A stretch of 63,701 bases of DNA, the filler included, from Cercozoa sp. M6MM (Eukaryota; Protista; Endomyxa: Ascetosporea): assembly GCA_040357565.1 (NCBI GenBank). It is 10 parts of 10 records of this genome, joined end to end, with 100 filler letters (N's around TTAATTAATTAA, not from the genome) between each part and the next. Parts side by side here need not be neighbours in the genome. Positions count along the whole stretch, not along the records: positions 1 to 11,512 come from JBDODJ010000399.1; positions 11,613 to 15,272 come from JBDODJ010001366.1; 8 more parts are not named here. The stretch is one strand, 5' to 3'. The notes under the pieces are model-generated. The model saw only the letters and a program-made list of their open reading frames with translations, did no database searches and was not told the origin of the DNA. Below, one piece after another: positions 1 through 12,756 of the stretch; the stretch's first letter is position 1, and every line of letters starts with the position of its first letter. Position numbers and translations under genes: made by a program.

Positions 1-331
1 AATCTTATATGCTCATGCACTGATGATAGTTAGCACGCGTATTTAAAAGTGGGCTCCAACGCCCCAGAACCCCAGCACGCCTAACGTAATATAGTCCTCC
101 GTCTAAGTTTGATGTCAATGAAGTCAACTGAACGTCTAAGTTAAAGTTGAGCACCGACAGAATGGTCACTCAACGTGATCAGCCGATCGCTCTGGGGCGT
201 TTGATGGGTCATGTGACGTCACTTGTTTTGCCGTATGTTCGCTGCGTGCAGCGGTCCACGCGCGCTGTAGCCTGTAGGGCTCTGCTGATCGAGCGACCAT
301 CGGCATTGTTTTATTCAATTTTCTGATCGTC

Positions 332-1926
332 ATGGGTTGGGTACTGTATCTTCCCTCTTTGTTTGGCGGTTGTGTATATGGGATGGGTTCAGAGAAACGC
401 CGCGCGATCCTGTTGCACGTTCAGAAGGTGTGTTTCGTCAAGGACTTGTACAGTATCCTGATGCTCTAGGTTACTCTGGGAGGTAGGCTCAAGCTATGGC
501 TGTGGCACAAGTTTCTGCACATGCACGAACGCACGCTGGTACTAATCGCGTTGGTATCGGTCGCTCTTTTTGTCGCCACGAAAGCTGCCATCTTCCAGGT
601 TGTACATGACTGGTAGGTCCCTTGGCTCCCTCTGCTCTCATTTCTTTCACTACTACCAGTTGTATCGACGGAACAGGACCTACCTGGATGCGTTGGTCTT
701 TGTGATCTCCACGCTGACAACAACTGGGTACGGAGACGTCTCACCCAACGACACCGTTGCCGCTAGGATACTCACCATCGCGCTCATTGCGCTGTCGCTC
801 ACTCTGGTGGCTGCCGCGCTGTCCATCCTCATGGAGCGACTTCTCATCTCGAACATGCTGCGGTATTATGTTGTTATTTTTCTATTATGTTTTCTTGTTG
901 TACTACTTTAACCTTAAAATAGAAATGAACATAAGGAGGAAGACTACACGAAGATTGTGTGCTTGCGTAGGCTTTCTTTGTCTGTGTGTCTGTGTGTCTG
1001 TGTTGTGCCTGTGTGTCTGTGTCTGTGTCTGTGTATCTGTGTCTGTCTGTGTCCAAACTAATGTCTTTGTCTCCCTTGCAATGTGTTTGTACATATTACG
1101 ACATGTTGTGAATACAGTACTGGTGTATTTGGTGATCGGCAGCGTCGTGTTCAGTTTCTGCGAGGACTGGAGATATATTGATGCGCTCTACTTTGTATTT
1201 TTATCTCTGCACAGTCTTGTTGGTACATGTATGCGTGTGCGTAGAGTGTAGTAAGCATCAGTACGGTGGGCTACGGAGATGTGGTTGTACGGTCAAAGAG
1301 TACAGCAACTGTTCTGATCTTGCAAAATGAGCACTGTACCCTTTCAGTCATCTATGCGCAGAGGGAAAAGTGTTCCTCTGCATTTGGCTTCTGTTTGGCT
1401 CCTTTGTAAGATGCTTAGTTTAATGCATTGTGTATTACTTCAGTCTTGAGAATATATGTGCTTCCTGTACATGACAGATGCTCGCGAAAACTATGCGAAA
1501 GCTGGCGAATTCACTCATGAACCGACGACGTCGTACACGTGGCGTACTGGTGCGTCAGGCTCCAATTGCTGAAAATGAACAAAGCTGGCGCAACTCAAAG
1601 GACACGGTAGACGATGGTTGACATATTGGTGCATGTAAGCGTGTTGATAACTCAGTCGTCTTGCAGGTGGCAGTGGAGATGCAGTTCACTGATACACACG
1701 CCGAGGCAGAGGAGCAACACAACCTACTCGGCGAGTCCGAGTATATTTTAAACATGGTACAGCAACAACCCGCTCGACCAGTCCGTATTTTTTGCCGCTA
1801 TGTTTTTAATCCGGTCAGCTGTTGCGCCAAGGTGCCGTCACTCAGGACCAGGTGCAATCGCTGCGCGCACAGTTCGAAGGGGTCGACGATGACGAATGCG
1901 CCGTGCGGGCAACCGGCTCGTACTGA
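332..1926 (+). CDS. Two-pore-domain K+ channel, TPK/KCO-like, multi-exon
   Basis: Manual splicing gives two pore loops (W-TYLDALVFVISTLTTTGYGD; WRYIDALYF-SVVSISTVGYGD) with flanking TM helices. The C-terminal ESEYILNM..QFEGVDDD segment resembles the EF-hand tail of plant TPK channels. Ends are approximate. Confidence 0.85.
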
Positions 1927-2320
1927 CACGGTCACGTATGGACGATAGCATTCAATCTTCAAGCAATTTCATGTGGTGCCCTTTTTTGAAGCAGTACCTG
2001 TAGAGTTTAGATCATCAATCACGTTTTTTAGAATCTAACGTAAGTGTGGTATGCTTTAAACTTACTGTAGTTTGACGGTGTGTGTGATTGGGCCCCTCTA
2101 ATTATGTGAATGTCGTACAATTGTAGCTGAAAACAGAGTATTACCTTGAAAGCTTGAATTCTAGTTATGACTCGGACGGTAAAAGCCGTGGGACTTGTAC
2201 CTACTGTCACTTCCTTCCCAATCATTCAGTATACGTTCGTTATCAATGACGTGGCCGAACTTGAAACTTGATGGGATCGCGGTTTCAGTTACCGTACGTA
2301 ACACGACGGCGCAAGAGTTC

Positions 2321-4178
2321 TCAGTCCTGTTGCTGCACGCGAGCAGACTGACCGCTCGCGCTGCCGGCGCTGGTGGTGCTCGTCGCACCGCCGCTCGGCC
2401 GCGCCAGAGCCGTGTGTCGCACTCGTTCCGGTGCCTTGGCCACCGCGCTCGCCTTGGCCGCCGCCTGCATTAAGTTGACACATTAAGTTGATACAAGCGG
2501 AAAACACCGACAGTCCGAATCGTACCTGTTGGAACAACACATCCACGTCAACATTTTCGTGTTTTGTTGGCTCTTGCTTGGACTGTTCTGGCTCTTCCTG
2601 TTGAAGACATGTCAGTGCATACAGACTCCGTGCCAAACAAATACACACTACAGCAGCAGGCTCTGCAGTCGTTTCGGCAGTCGGTGCGACTGGTTTCGGC
2701 TGCTGCAGCTTCTTCTGCAACTCATTTGTAAAGAAAGGAATGAAAGGAAGGGGTAGGCAGTACAGGCAGAACGAAGAAGTGCGGCACACGGGTGTTGCCG
2801 CTGAATCGCGACGACGCAGTCGCACGAGGCTGCAGCAGAGACCACTCGCATTCAAGACACAAAAGACTGTCTGTTGATTGAAAGCAGAGTACAGTGACAC
2901 GTGTCGATAGGTTGAGCAGCAACTGGCGACTCACTAGCGAGCCACGGTGCGGTGGACAGCTGTTTTACACACACAGGTACACAGCAAATGCAAAAAAATA
3001 CAAAAGAGCGATACCGCCCACCGAGTGTACTGCCGGAGATCTGTGCCTCGTCCCAGAAAACCTCACACACCTGTACCAATCCATCAATGTACAACCATTG
3101 CTACTAAATAGAAAGAAGAATACCTGTGTGTCCAGGTGGAAACCAACTACAGTGCCGATGGCACCCAGAGCGACACCCACATCGGATCGCATCATGCGCA
3201 CACGATCACCTATGACGTACTTGCTACAACGACACATGCATGCACGTACACGCAGTTACAAAAAGGCAAGGTACACATCCTGCGTGGGCGACCACGCTGT
3301 CTCCGACATGTCGGCACCTTGCGCTTGCGAAAGCAGCACTTGCAGCGTTACGTCTGCAAACCCACAAACATAACACACATCAAAATAGTACGAGTAAAGA
3401 ACACACCTGACTCAGCAGTCGGAACCTTCTTGCTGCGGATTTCGATGTACTTACCCATCGCAGCAATCTGCGTACATTCACACAAGGCACTCATACGCAA
3501 GGGCTTCCTTGCAAAATACAGGGACATACCTGGTGCGCGGCCAGACAAAAGGTCTTGGACGACACGAACTGCATCGACGCACTGACCTGTGCACCATCAA
3601 CAATAGTTTAAAACACAAAAGGTTTAAACGAGAGAGTTTACATGAGCTTTGAGGAAGGCCTGTGCCTTCTTCACGCACGATTTCGCCAGGTCCATCCAGC
3701 ATTCGTCCCCTACATTGTATCAGCGTTCAGCGGTATAGTGTCTTCAACAACAACCGTACCCGAAAAGTGGTTCGTCAACTTCAGTTCACTCGGTTTCTCT
3801 GCGAGCAAAAACACAGTATTCAAAACTGAAGCGAGAAAACTGAATAAAACCAATTTCGACGACCTCGAGTTGCTCCGTCAGCACCGAAACACTCTCGGCG
3901 TCTTCGTCTGCACATCCACTCCTTTTGAAACAGAACGGAACAAAGCAACAAACAAAAGCACCAGAGACTGAAGTGGACTCTTCAGCACTCGACACTTCAA
4001 TCTCCTGCATACACAAGACATCACAAGGCACGAAACCAAAAGCCAACTCGGAGGACGGACATGCATGCACGGATGTGCAGGATCGGTAAAACTCGGTAGA
4101 TCGCGCGTTTGCTCGAACAATAAGGTTTGCGCCACATGTCGCCTATCCGCGCGAACACATAAACGGAATACTAAAACT

Positions 4179-4230
<52 letters not shown>

Positions 4231-7200
4231 AAAATTTTACAGTTTAAACGCCTTGGCAGCCGGGTCGGCCTGCAGCGACCAAAGAGCACTCATTCGGTCC
4301 AATGGCAGTTTGTTGGAGAAAATAAACCTCGAACATGCGCAGCAGCGTGGGGAACTCGCGCGCGAAGTTTTGAACAAACTCCACCGCTCTCTTGGTGTAC
4401 AGCAGTGCCTGCATACACATGGTCCGGATGCTGTTGTTCACAAAGAACTGATACCGGCCGATCGTAGTGCCCGCGGAACGTCGAGAAACCTATTGATTGA
4501 CGTGTTTGAATAGCAACAGTCAAAGCAGCTAAAGCGGGTGTACCCGGAAGACACATGCGATTCGAATAGTGGCCTAGATTGGTGCCTAGTTGGTACACAT
4601 CGTTGCCGTGTCGCACGATGGCCTGTGTATATACCAGACATGAAGTGCACACTAAGTTTACAAATTTGAAGAAACGTACAGCGCCCAACAGTCGCTGCGC
4701 CGTGCGTTGGTTCACGTCTGCAAAACACCAGATATCCAGAGTTATTCATATAGAGAATGAAAGCGTGATGTTAAAACATACAAACAAAAAAGCACAATAG
4801 TATCCACAGCAAGCATGGAAGCTATGAAACAAACAAACCAAGCATGTTGGCGACTTGACGCATGTTGAACAACTTCTCCTCGCGGTTCTGGGCAACATGA
4901 GAATCACAACAACTAGGAAAACCAGCAAAAGAGAACGACAAACCTCCAAAAGCAGACGATGCGCCATTGCTTTGGTGTCACAACTGACAGCCTTGTTCAC
5001 TGCACACACAGGGTAGTGCAGGTAGATTATATGCAGGCGTGTTGTACATTTGGTGACTTCTTCTTTCGTCACGTGCAGCGTCGCTTTCTGCTCGAGTCAG
5101 ATTTGTTGTGCCACTAAACGCAAACAAGAAAGGCAAGAGTACGCTGCGCTCATGCTTGGTGACAACGCCGAGTGCGCCGTACAAACTGCAGAAATCACAG
5201 TGAGAGTGATAAGGTTAAAAAACACAAGTAAACCAAGTGCACCCCTTGGAACGACTCAGACTGAAAGCAGCGTTATCCAGCGGCAGCAACTAAAATGATA
5301 CAGACATAAAGGTGAGGAGAACTAACACCGTCGAAGCGTACCTTTTGCAAATCGCGAGTTTCTTGCGACATTTCCGCCACGAGTTCCCGCTCGACCTGCA
5401 CACAATTCATCGAACTGACTGATCGATCTAAGAGAGAAACCGTCTATGCTACCATTCTGAACAGCGGATGAGGGGACGCATTCACCGGCGACACGGTCTG
5501 CCACGGCACCGTCAGCCACTCGTCCCTGCGGTCACACAGGTACATTCATCCAATTCATAAGGTACGTGCTTTGATCGCCTAGAGATTGCATTACTCTCCG
5601 GACACGTAAGTGAACTTGAGTGCGCCTGTACAATGGTCATATGCCAACATGTACAGACACATACAGAGTGAGTACCTTCATTGTCACGTGTGACACGTTC
5701 CAGTGGTCGCAACACCGCCAGCAAACGCACCTTACCGCAGTCGATGCCATAATTCTTGAGCAGTTTGGCACGTGTTCTCTAGGGAACCATGACATACCAT
5801 ATCCATACATATGTACAAACGAGGTCAATGAGTACCTCAGCTTGCGCGCCGAACTGCCGCCGTTCTGGAGGCGTCAGTAGCTCCTTGCCCTCCTGCGTGT
5901 ACCGGTACTTGTCGTCGATCAGTGTCAACAAAATCGCTGGCGACAGGTGCGGCCACTGTGCACATGTGTACCGTACATTCGGACCAGTCTGTACGGTGGT
6001 AGACACAATACCCCAATCCACAAATCACGTCCGATTAAAGTTTCTGCCATTTTCTCGTGCATTTCTTCCGTCGTTTCCGGGGCACTGGGGAAGGGGGAAG
6101 GGTAAAGGGGGCTAAGAGGGGTAAGAGGGGAATAAGAGTACTCAATGTGCAGCACGAGCGTCTCCTTGCGACTCTCGCTGCCGAACACGTCGAGCTGCAC
6201 CTTGCGCAGTTTCGGACGCAACTTGAACCCGAGCAAGTCTGTTTAGACATCGTGTGCCTTATGTACAATGTACATATACGAACTAAAGCCACAAACAGAC
6301 CAGGCCATCCGGGCGATGAGCGAGACACTCCCGGCAACAGTACCGGTCGGTAGGCGCCGCCTGTGGTAATTTGGGCAAACAGACAGGCAGTACATATGTA
6401 CAGTACATATAGACAGTATATATGGACAGTACATATGGACAGTACAGATGGACAGTACATACAGACAGTACATATGGACAGTACAAAACCAACTATACCA
6501 GGAATAGCCGGATGCGAAAACGGACGCGCAACAACGCAACAATTCTCCTGTTACGAAAAAAACATTGAAAACTGCCAAAAATTACATTCAAAAAAAACAA
6601 GAGCAAGCTACAATGTCCGACCGAATCTGACGGTTCGGCGACGGTACACAGAAACGCGATCGCTGTGCTTGTGGGATCTGCATAAACCCGTGTTTTTCAG
6701 TCCATGAAGCCGACAAAGCGAGAGTAAAAATAGGGACCTGTCCACTCAGGAGCATGCGGAACAGGTGCACATCGCAGTGCATTTCGACCGGCAATCCAGG
6801 CTGTAGACAGACTTGTGTATGCTTTATACTTACGGTCCCTTCCAGACTGACTTACAGTGTTGCGACGCCGCTCGTCTTGTGTCATTTGGTGCATGACCTG
6901 TACAAGACCAACAAATAAAGCAGTGGATAAACACCCCTGCGATAAGATCGACCTTGTTGACAGCAGCGACAAGCAGCTTCTCGTCCACGAAAGGCACCTT
7001 GACCACACCTGAATTTTCAAGAACTACTGCAGAATAATAACGTAGTGCAAGTCAGAAAACCCATCCACGGCGCTGTGCAGCCGCGCATGTCGACCTCGAA
7101 ATCCAAGCTATGCCATTTCGCATCGAACAATTAGGAAACAGAAAAAGCATACGGGTAAAACTGCGCAATCGGCGAGTTCGCTTCCATTAGCGGTCGGCAG

Positions 7201-10140
7201 CACTTTGGCACCGCATGCGCACTGTCCGATGGCAGCTAGAACACCAGAGGGGTGAAGGTATAAAGGAGGATAAAGGAGGGGGTGAACATGAGGGTAAAGC
7301 TGTGTACCACTGCCATCAGCTGCTGCACCGGCAGGAAGGGTTCGCCCACTTCAAATTTCACTTCGCTCGCGAGCGTCACGAGATCCTTCTGCGTGGGGTA
7401 AAGGGGTAAAGGGGTAAAGGGGTAAAGAATTCACGGGTTAAGGGTAAAGGGACCATGTCACTCAGCAGCGGCGTGTAATGATGTGGGTAGAACCACGTCC
7501 AGGACGGACAGCCCTTGTAGTAGTAGTCGAGGTTCCACGTGAGTGCTTCCACCAGCGACAGTGCGATCTTACGTCGGCCCTCCGTAGTACACATTTCGGC
7601 GTCTTCCCATCGTTCACTAAAGTGGCACACCATTGGTACAAATGGAAATACACACAAAACACACATGCATGCACACACACTACACACACAGCACAGCAAG
7701 TTTTGCTACCGGTAGTAGTGGTCAGCGTAGTCAACGGAATCTCTGCGAAATCCCAAATTATCAAAAGTTTGATTTTGTTAAAGCACAAAAACACACGTGC
7801 TGACGAGTTCCACCGCTTGCATCGCCTCTGCACCACAAAAAATAAAACTGATCAAAAACAACGACAAAAAGGTACCGCTCATTTGCTGCTCGAAAGCTTC
7901 CGTTTCTTGTGTGCTCAACTTGGACTAAAATGTATGTCTTCGAACACGAGAAAATACGGATGGGAACACAAGAAGAATACGGCATGATGCGCACGACGCT
8001 GTCGTTGCTTGCAGGCCTGGCAAAAACCAAAAGCAGTTCTCAAACTCACCCTCATGAAAACAAGATATGTTACCGACACTTCATCTTGTAGAGCGTGGAC
8101 GTAGTGATCTCGCTCGTTGCGCGTCAACTCGTGCAGCAGGAGCTCGACACGTGCCCATGAGATGTGAGTGCCCTAAATTTTTATTTCTTGTGAAATACCA
8201 ACTGTCTCCATAAGAAGAACACACCTCAGTATCATGGCTCACGAGGTAACCCCCAAAGTCAACGATGCGCGACTTATACAACTCAATCAGTCTGCAAACA
8301 AGTCATACTTCCCTCTTTAAAGCAAACAAACGAATTCTACCGATCCAAACCACCATCGCCAATGTCGACGCTACAATTTTTGTGCATAATTGTATCATCT
8401 ACTGTTGTACAGAAAACAAGAAAAAGCACCTGTGGTTGTGCGGAATGAAGTCGTTGCCGACAAAGAAGCACAAGAAGACAAAGTCATCAATCACACCTAC
8501 AACATACATCCTGAAACCAAATCATGATAGAGGTACCAAAAAAGTACGTTCAAGCGAGTACTCGAATCCCGTGTGCTGACGCGTTTTCACAACGCCTACA
8601 AATACAAACAAACTCATCAGTTTCACGATAAAAAACACTGTCAAACTCACCAGATTCTTCAGTCGGCGCAGTCTCCTTCAATTCTACACAAAAGCTGAGT
8701 CAACCAAACATCAAGTTAAGAAAGCTAAACTACCCTGCAACTTTTGTTGGATAACAGCGCCAATGTCAGAATCGAGGTATTGGCGCAACACACCCAAGTG
8801 CAGCAGTTGGAATCTACATGTGCACAAAGTCATCATATTACGGAATAATTTGAGACAAAACAGACGTACGAATCATCATTCACAAGCGCTCGGCGCTGCG
8901 TTTGACGCGATTTTTGGCGTTTTCCGAACAGAACCTGCAACAGGCATCCTTCGAAACAAGTGTGTAGAATCAAAGTTTCAAGAATACCTCCTCGCGCAAG
9001 AGCGCAAAATGCGGCTCGTGCGAAGCCAGTCCAAGCATCACCAAATCGGCATCGAGTCCATAGATACTGGGGAGGCAAGTTTAAAGTACATTTAAACCGA
9101 CTAATGTGGGTCAAACCCGTTTTGTACCAGTGCCGCGTGTTGGGATCGTGATCCGGTTGCATTCGCGAGCAGCGCAGAAAGTCCATGATCTTGTGCTCAC
9201 CTATTAGTACAAGCAGAGGAAAATAGCCCCACCTGTTGTTGGACATACTAATTATCCTACCTTCACCAGGCACATCGTGGCCACTGAAAATGACCTGCTC
9301 AAGCAGAAAAGCTCAGTTCATCAAAGTGTGCAAAAAAGGAAAGCAGATTAAAATACTCGCAGGTTGCGCCATGCAGAGTCAGTTGCGGTTTTCTCGGCAA
9401 TGAAGTGATTAACCCATTTGCCCATTCGGTCCATCCACTACAAACCATCGGTTTAGTCAAGATGTGCATCCGCGCGGAAGTCACAAAACTACCCCAGTGC
9501 CAGGCGAAATGACATTGTAATCGAATTTTTGTGCCATCTGCTCCTTGCGTTCCTCGGGAGTCAATTCACTGTGCGTGTATTTGCGTCAGAATACTCGTAC
9601 ACAAACTTTGTGGGGTTTTCATTCAATTACCCTGAAATCGCCAGTCGACGATCGCGAGCAGCGCTGTTTCAATTCAAACGGAGAATTGTGAAAGTTCGAC
9701 TGTGTGAACTGCTCAGTCTACCGGAATCGGCGCTGTCGTTGTTGATTCATTTTGGCACGCGGAGCAACACCGTCCACGGCCTAGAAAAAATAAAAATTCG
9801 CATTCAAGAAAAAACAAACTGAAAGCTCATTGCAATACCATGTAGATCAGCTTGCGAGGACGCACGAGTCGCACCACCTTGTCAAGGTATTCGAACAGGC
9901 CATCGACCAGTTTTCGTTCGTCCAAACCGACGTTTGGGTTTTCCATAGGATGTGACACCTGCAAGTACGTGCTTTTCAGAGGGTATTAACTCGGTCACAC
10001 AAAGCAGAAGCTACCTGATGCAGGATGCCGTTCATGTCGAGGTACAGGTTGTCAAAGTCAGGCCGCACATCGCCCAGCACCACTTGATTGATCAATGGGT
10101 AGCGCTCCGATAGCCAGCGATAAAAACGCGGCACACCCAT
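2321..10140 (-). CDS. XRN1: 5'-3' exoribonuclease 1 (XRN1), dozens of exons
   Basis: Spliced motifs [100 protein letters not shown], and a C-terminal SH3-like segment ([15 protein letters not shown]) typical of XRN1 rather than XRN2. Stop inferred at 2321-2323. Confidence 0.93.
4183..4229. repeat. (GA)n microsatellite in XRN1 intron
   Basis: Perfect GA tandem array. Confidence 0.95.
6385..6485 (-). repeat. 13-bp minisatellite (GTACTGTCCATAT)n in XRN1 intron
   Basis: About 7 degenerate copies of cagtacatatgga on the + strand. Confidence 0.9.
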
Positions 10141-10543
10141 TGTTCTACAACAGTCAAACAAGCAAATGCAACAAGTCGGAGCGACAAAAGTAACATTATT
10201 TGCTCTGTTTGTGGACCAACGTTTTTCAATCGATATGTCGTCGAGAGACACGTAAAACAGTCTAAGAGCACTTCCCAACTGACGTATGCGTTACCTAGTG
10301 CCAGAAAATTCTTGCCATATTTTTGATTTCGAGTCGATAGCGTTTGTGGTTCACTGGCTCTCGAGCTCGACCAAGCCAAAAAGGCTGCCGTGTGCGGGAC
10401 TGTGAGGGTACACCCGTGCGTGCTGACAATCAGGGTGTGTTGCTGATGCCGTCGCCAGTGCTTCTAGTTGCAGAATAAATAATTGTGTGTTTTTGGGAGT
10501 GAGTGGGGCCCAAAGTCACTGTTGTTCTGCTGTAGGCGTTCTG

Positions 10544-11427
10544 ATGAGCGGCCAGTCACGTAGCCGTGTGAGCTACTTCCATGACTCGCAGAGTGGGAAC
10601 TTCTACTATGGTACGCCGTGGGTCAAGACACGCTTTTTTTCGCTCGCGACTTTTTTCTGTTGCCTCGCTTGTTTGCGTCGTTTTTGTGCACTAAACGCGC
10701 AAAAACAACTAAATTGAACTTAAAACAATCAAAATATGCCAAAATCGAGATTTTTGGAGTGTGAGCAGCTTTTGATGGATTCTGGTTGAAATTTGAGTGG
10801 GAGGACACTAAGTGATCATGCGCACTTGAAAACACAGGCGCCGGTCATCCGATGAAGCCGCATCGACTGCGTTTGACGCACGAACTTGTGCTGGCTTACG
10901 GTACTACGCTTTGACTTACTCCAAATGTATCATAATTATAGCTGTGGGTTTGTAGACATGTACGAACGCATGGAGGTGTATCGCCCGCACTTGGCCACTG
11001 CAGAGGTAGTTTTTAAAAAGCAACAGTTGGTATGTCGAAGGAAATGTTTGTGTCACAGGAGATGGCGCAATTTCACTCGCCCGAGTACGTCGAGTTCCTG
11101 CGTCGTGTGACACCTTCGAACGCGCGTCGGCTCGGCGAAGAACTTGCGCGTTTTGGCTTTGGCGACAATCACGACTGTATACTTAGACCCGTTCCTCTCT
11201 GCCCCTTACTTTTGCCTATTGGCAGGTCCGGTGTTCGATGGCATGTACGACTTCTGTCGCATCTATTCGGGTGGCAGTATCGACGGCGCCGTCAAGCTCA
11301 ATCACGTAAGTCTTTCTGCGTTTAGCTGCACCCCCCCCCCCCCCATCCCTACCCGTATAGAGACTGTCGGACGTTGCGGTGAACTGGAGCGGTGGTTTGC
11401 ACCATGCCAAGAAGTGCGAGGCCTCAG
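10544..11427 (+). CDS. RPD3: Class I histone deacetylase (RPD3/HDAC1-3 family), 5' part, truncated by contig end
   Basis: Spliced [60 protein letters not shown]. Confidence 0.93.
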
Positions 11428-11512
11428 GTACTTGCCTTGTTTCTTGGTATGGAGTGTGTTATACGATGTGTGTGTGTGTGTGTTGTGTGTGTGTGTGTGT
11501 GTGTGTGTGTGT

Positions 11513-11612
11513 NNNNNNNNNNNNNNNNNNNNNNNNNNNNNNNNNNNNNNNNNNNNTTAATTAATTAANNNNNNNNNNNNNNNNNNNNNNNNNNNNNNNN
11601 NNNNNNNNNNNN
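11513..11612. other. Artificial contig spacer N44-TTAATTAATTAA-N44 (also 15273-15372, 17593-17692, 26182-26281, 29484-29583, 34300-34399, 56219-56318, 60207-60306, 62471-62570)
   Basis: Identical 100-nt layout nine times. The 12-mer has stops in all six frames, and genes on either side do not continue across. Confidence 0.97.
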
Positions 11613-11660
<48 letters not shown>

Positions 11661-11678
11661 GTATTGCCATATGTCCAG

Positions 11679-12557
11679 GTGGATGAGATGATGGACACAC
11701 TGGAGTCACTCCGCAGTTTGCACATTGCCATTGCACTGGTAGGCACCTTGCTGCTCACCATTAGTCTGTTGTTAAACACAGATGACCCCGTAGGCCAAGT
11801 ACCTGTGTGCTGACGAATCCAACGCACAGGTGTACGCGCCGCGTCGACTCGAACTCATGCGTGTGTGCATCTCGTTTGCGTAACTTTGCTTTCTTTTGTC
11901 TTCTTTCATCTTTTTCTACCTTTTCATTGGTGCAGAACACAAGGCAGTCCCCAGCGTCGAGTGCAGGCAGTTCGGGCTATCCATGAGTCTTCCTTGTGTG
12001 GTAGATTTGTACGACTTCTATGTCCAAGTTGTACCGTACTATCGTACCTTTTAGGACCGATGCACCGACGCAGAATTCCGCCAACTGGCGCACTGATTCT
12101 CGGCATTCTCAATGACACTTGTACAATTTACTTTTTGCTCGTTTATCAGTAGAATGAAAAAAGCATGTTTTGTGCAGCCAAGAAACACAAGAGCGAACGC
12201 GAGGCTTGCGTTGCTTTGTTGCACGAGTTCGTGCGGCATTGCGGCACCGCGCCCGGCTTTGTCGAGATCGGCGCCTTTCTGCTGCACTGCATCGATCGCC
12301 TGCGTACTTTTGTTTTTGGCATTTTTAGATTGGGCTGATGATTTGAGTTCTTGTAGCGTCCAGAAAGGGACTGGCGCCAGTCATTAAATCGATTAAGCGC
12401 AGCATGGACAAGGTAAACGTTTGCACAGCTGCAAACTCGGTTTGTGACCTTGATTTTCATATTTCCCCAGGTGAGGAAAGCACGCAAGGGCGCCAAGTCG
12501 CTCAAGAGCGTTGCAGACGACCTGGCGCGTGCTGAGCCGCGGCTTTGGACAGCCTGA
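11679..12557 (+). CDS. 3' part of hypothetical protein (alpha-helical; weak Noc2/Nop14-like impression)
   Basis: GT-AG exons splice to ...LILGILNDTSKKHKSEREACVALLHEFVRHCGTAPGFVEIGAFLLHCIDRL..SRKGLAPVIKSIKRSMDKVRKARKGAKSLKSVADDLARAEPRLWTA*. Confidence 0.55.
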
Positions 12558-12756
12558 CGTCTTCAAAGCCCTCTGCGACGGCTTCAGTGTCACTGGCAGT
12601 TCATTCAAACGTTTTTTGTTTTTCCCCGTCCGTGCGTGCGCTTGGCTGACAAATACCGGACAGTAGTTAGTACCGTTTTAACGGATCCAAAGCAACTGGT
12701 TGGGGCCTTAGGATAGCTTAGATTGATTTTTTAGTCTGGACGAGGCTTTCAGAAGG

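Noticed and set aside
20-131. Possible C/D box snoRNA (TGATGA..CTGA)
   Set aside because: No terminal stem or recognisable rRNA-complementary guide; motifs this short occur by chance.
11557-11568. Recurrent TTAATTAATTAA palindrome as a biological element
   Set aside because: Always centred in exactly 44+44 Ns; it is an artificial six-frame-stop spacer.
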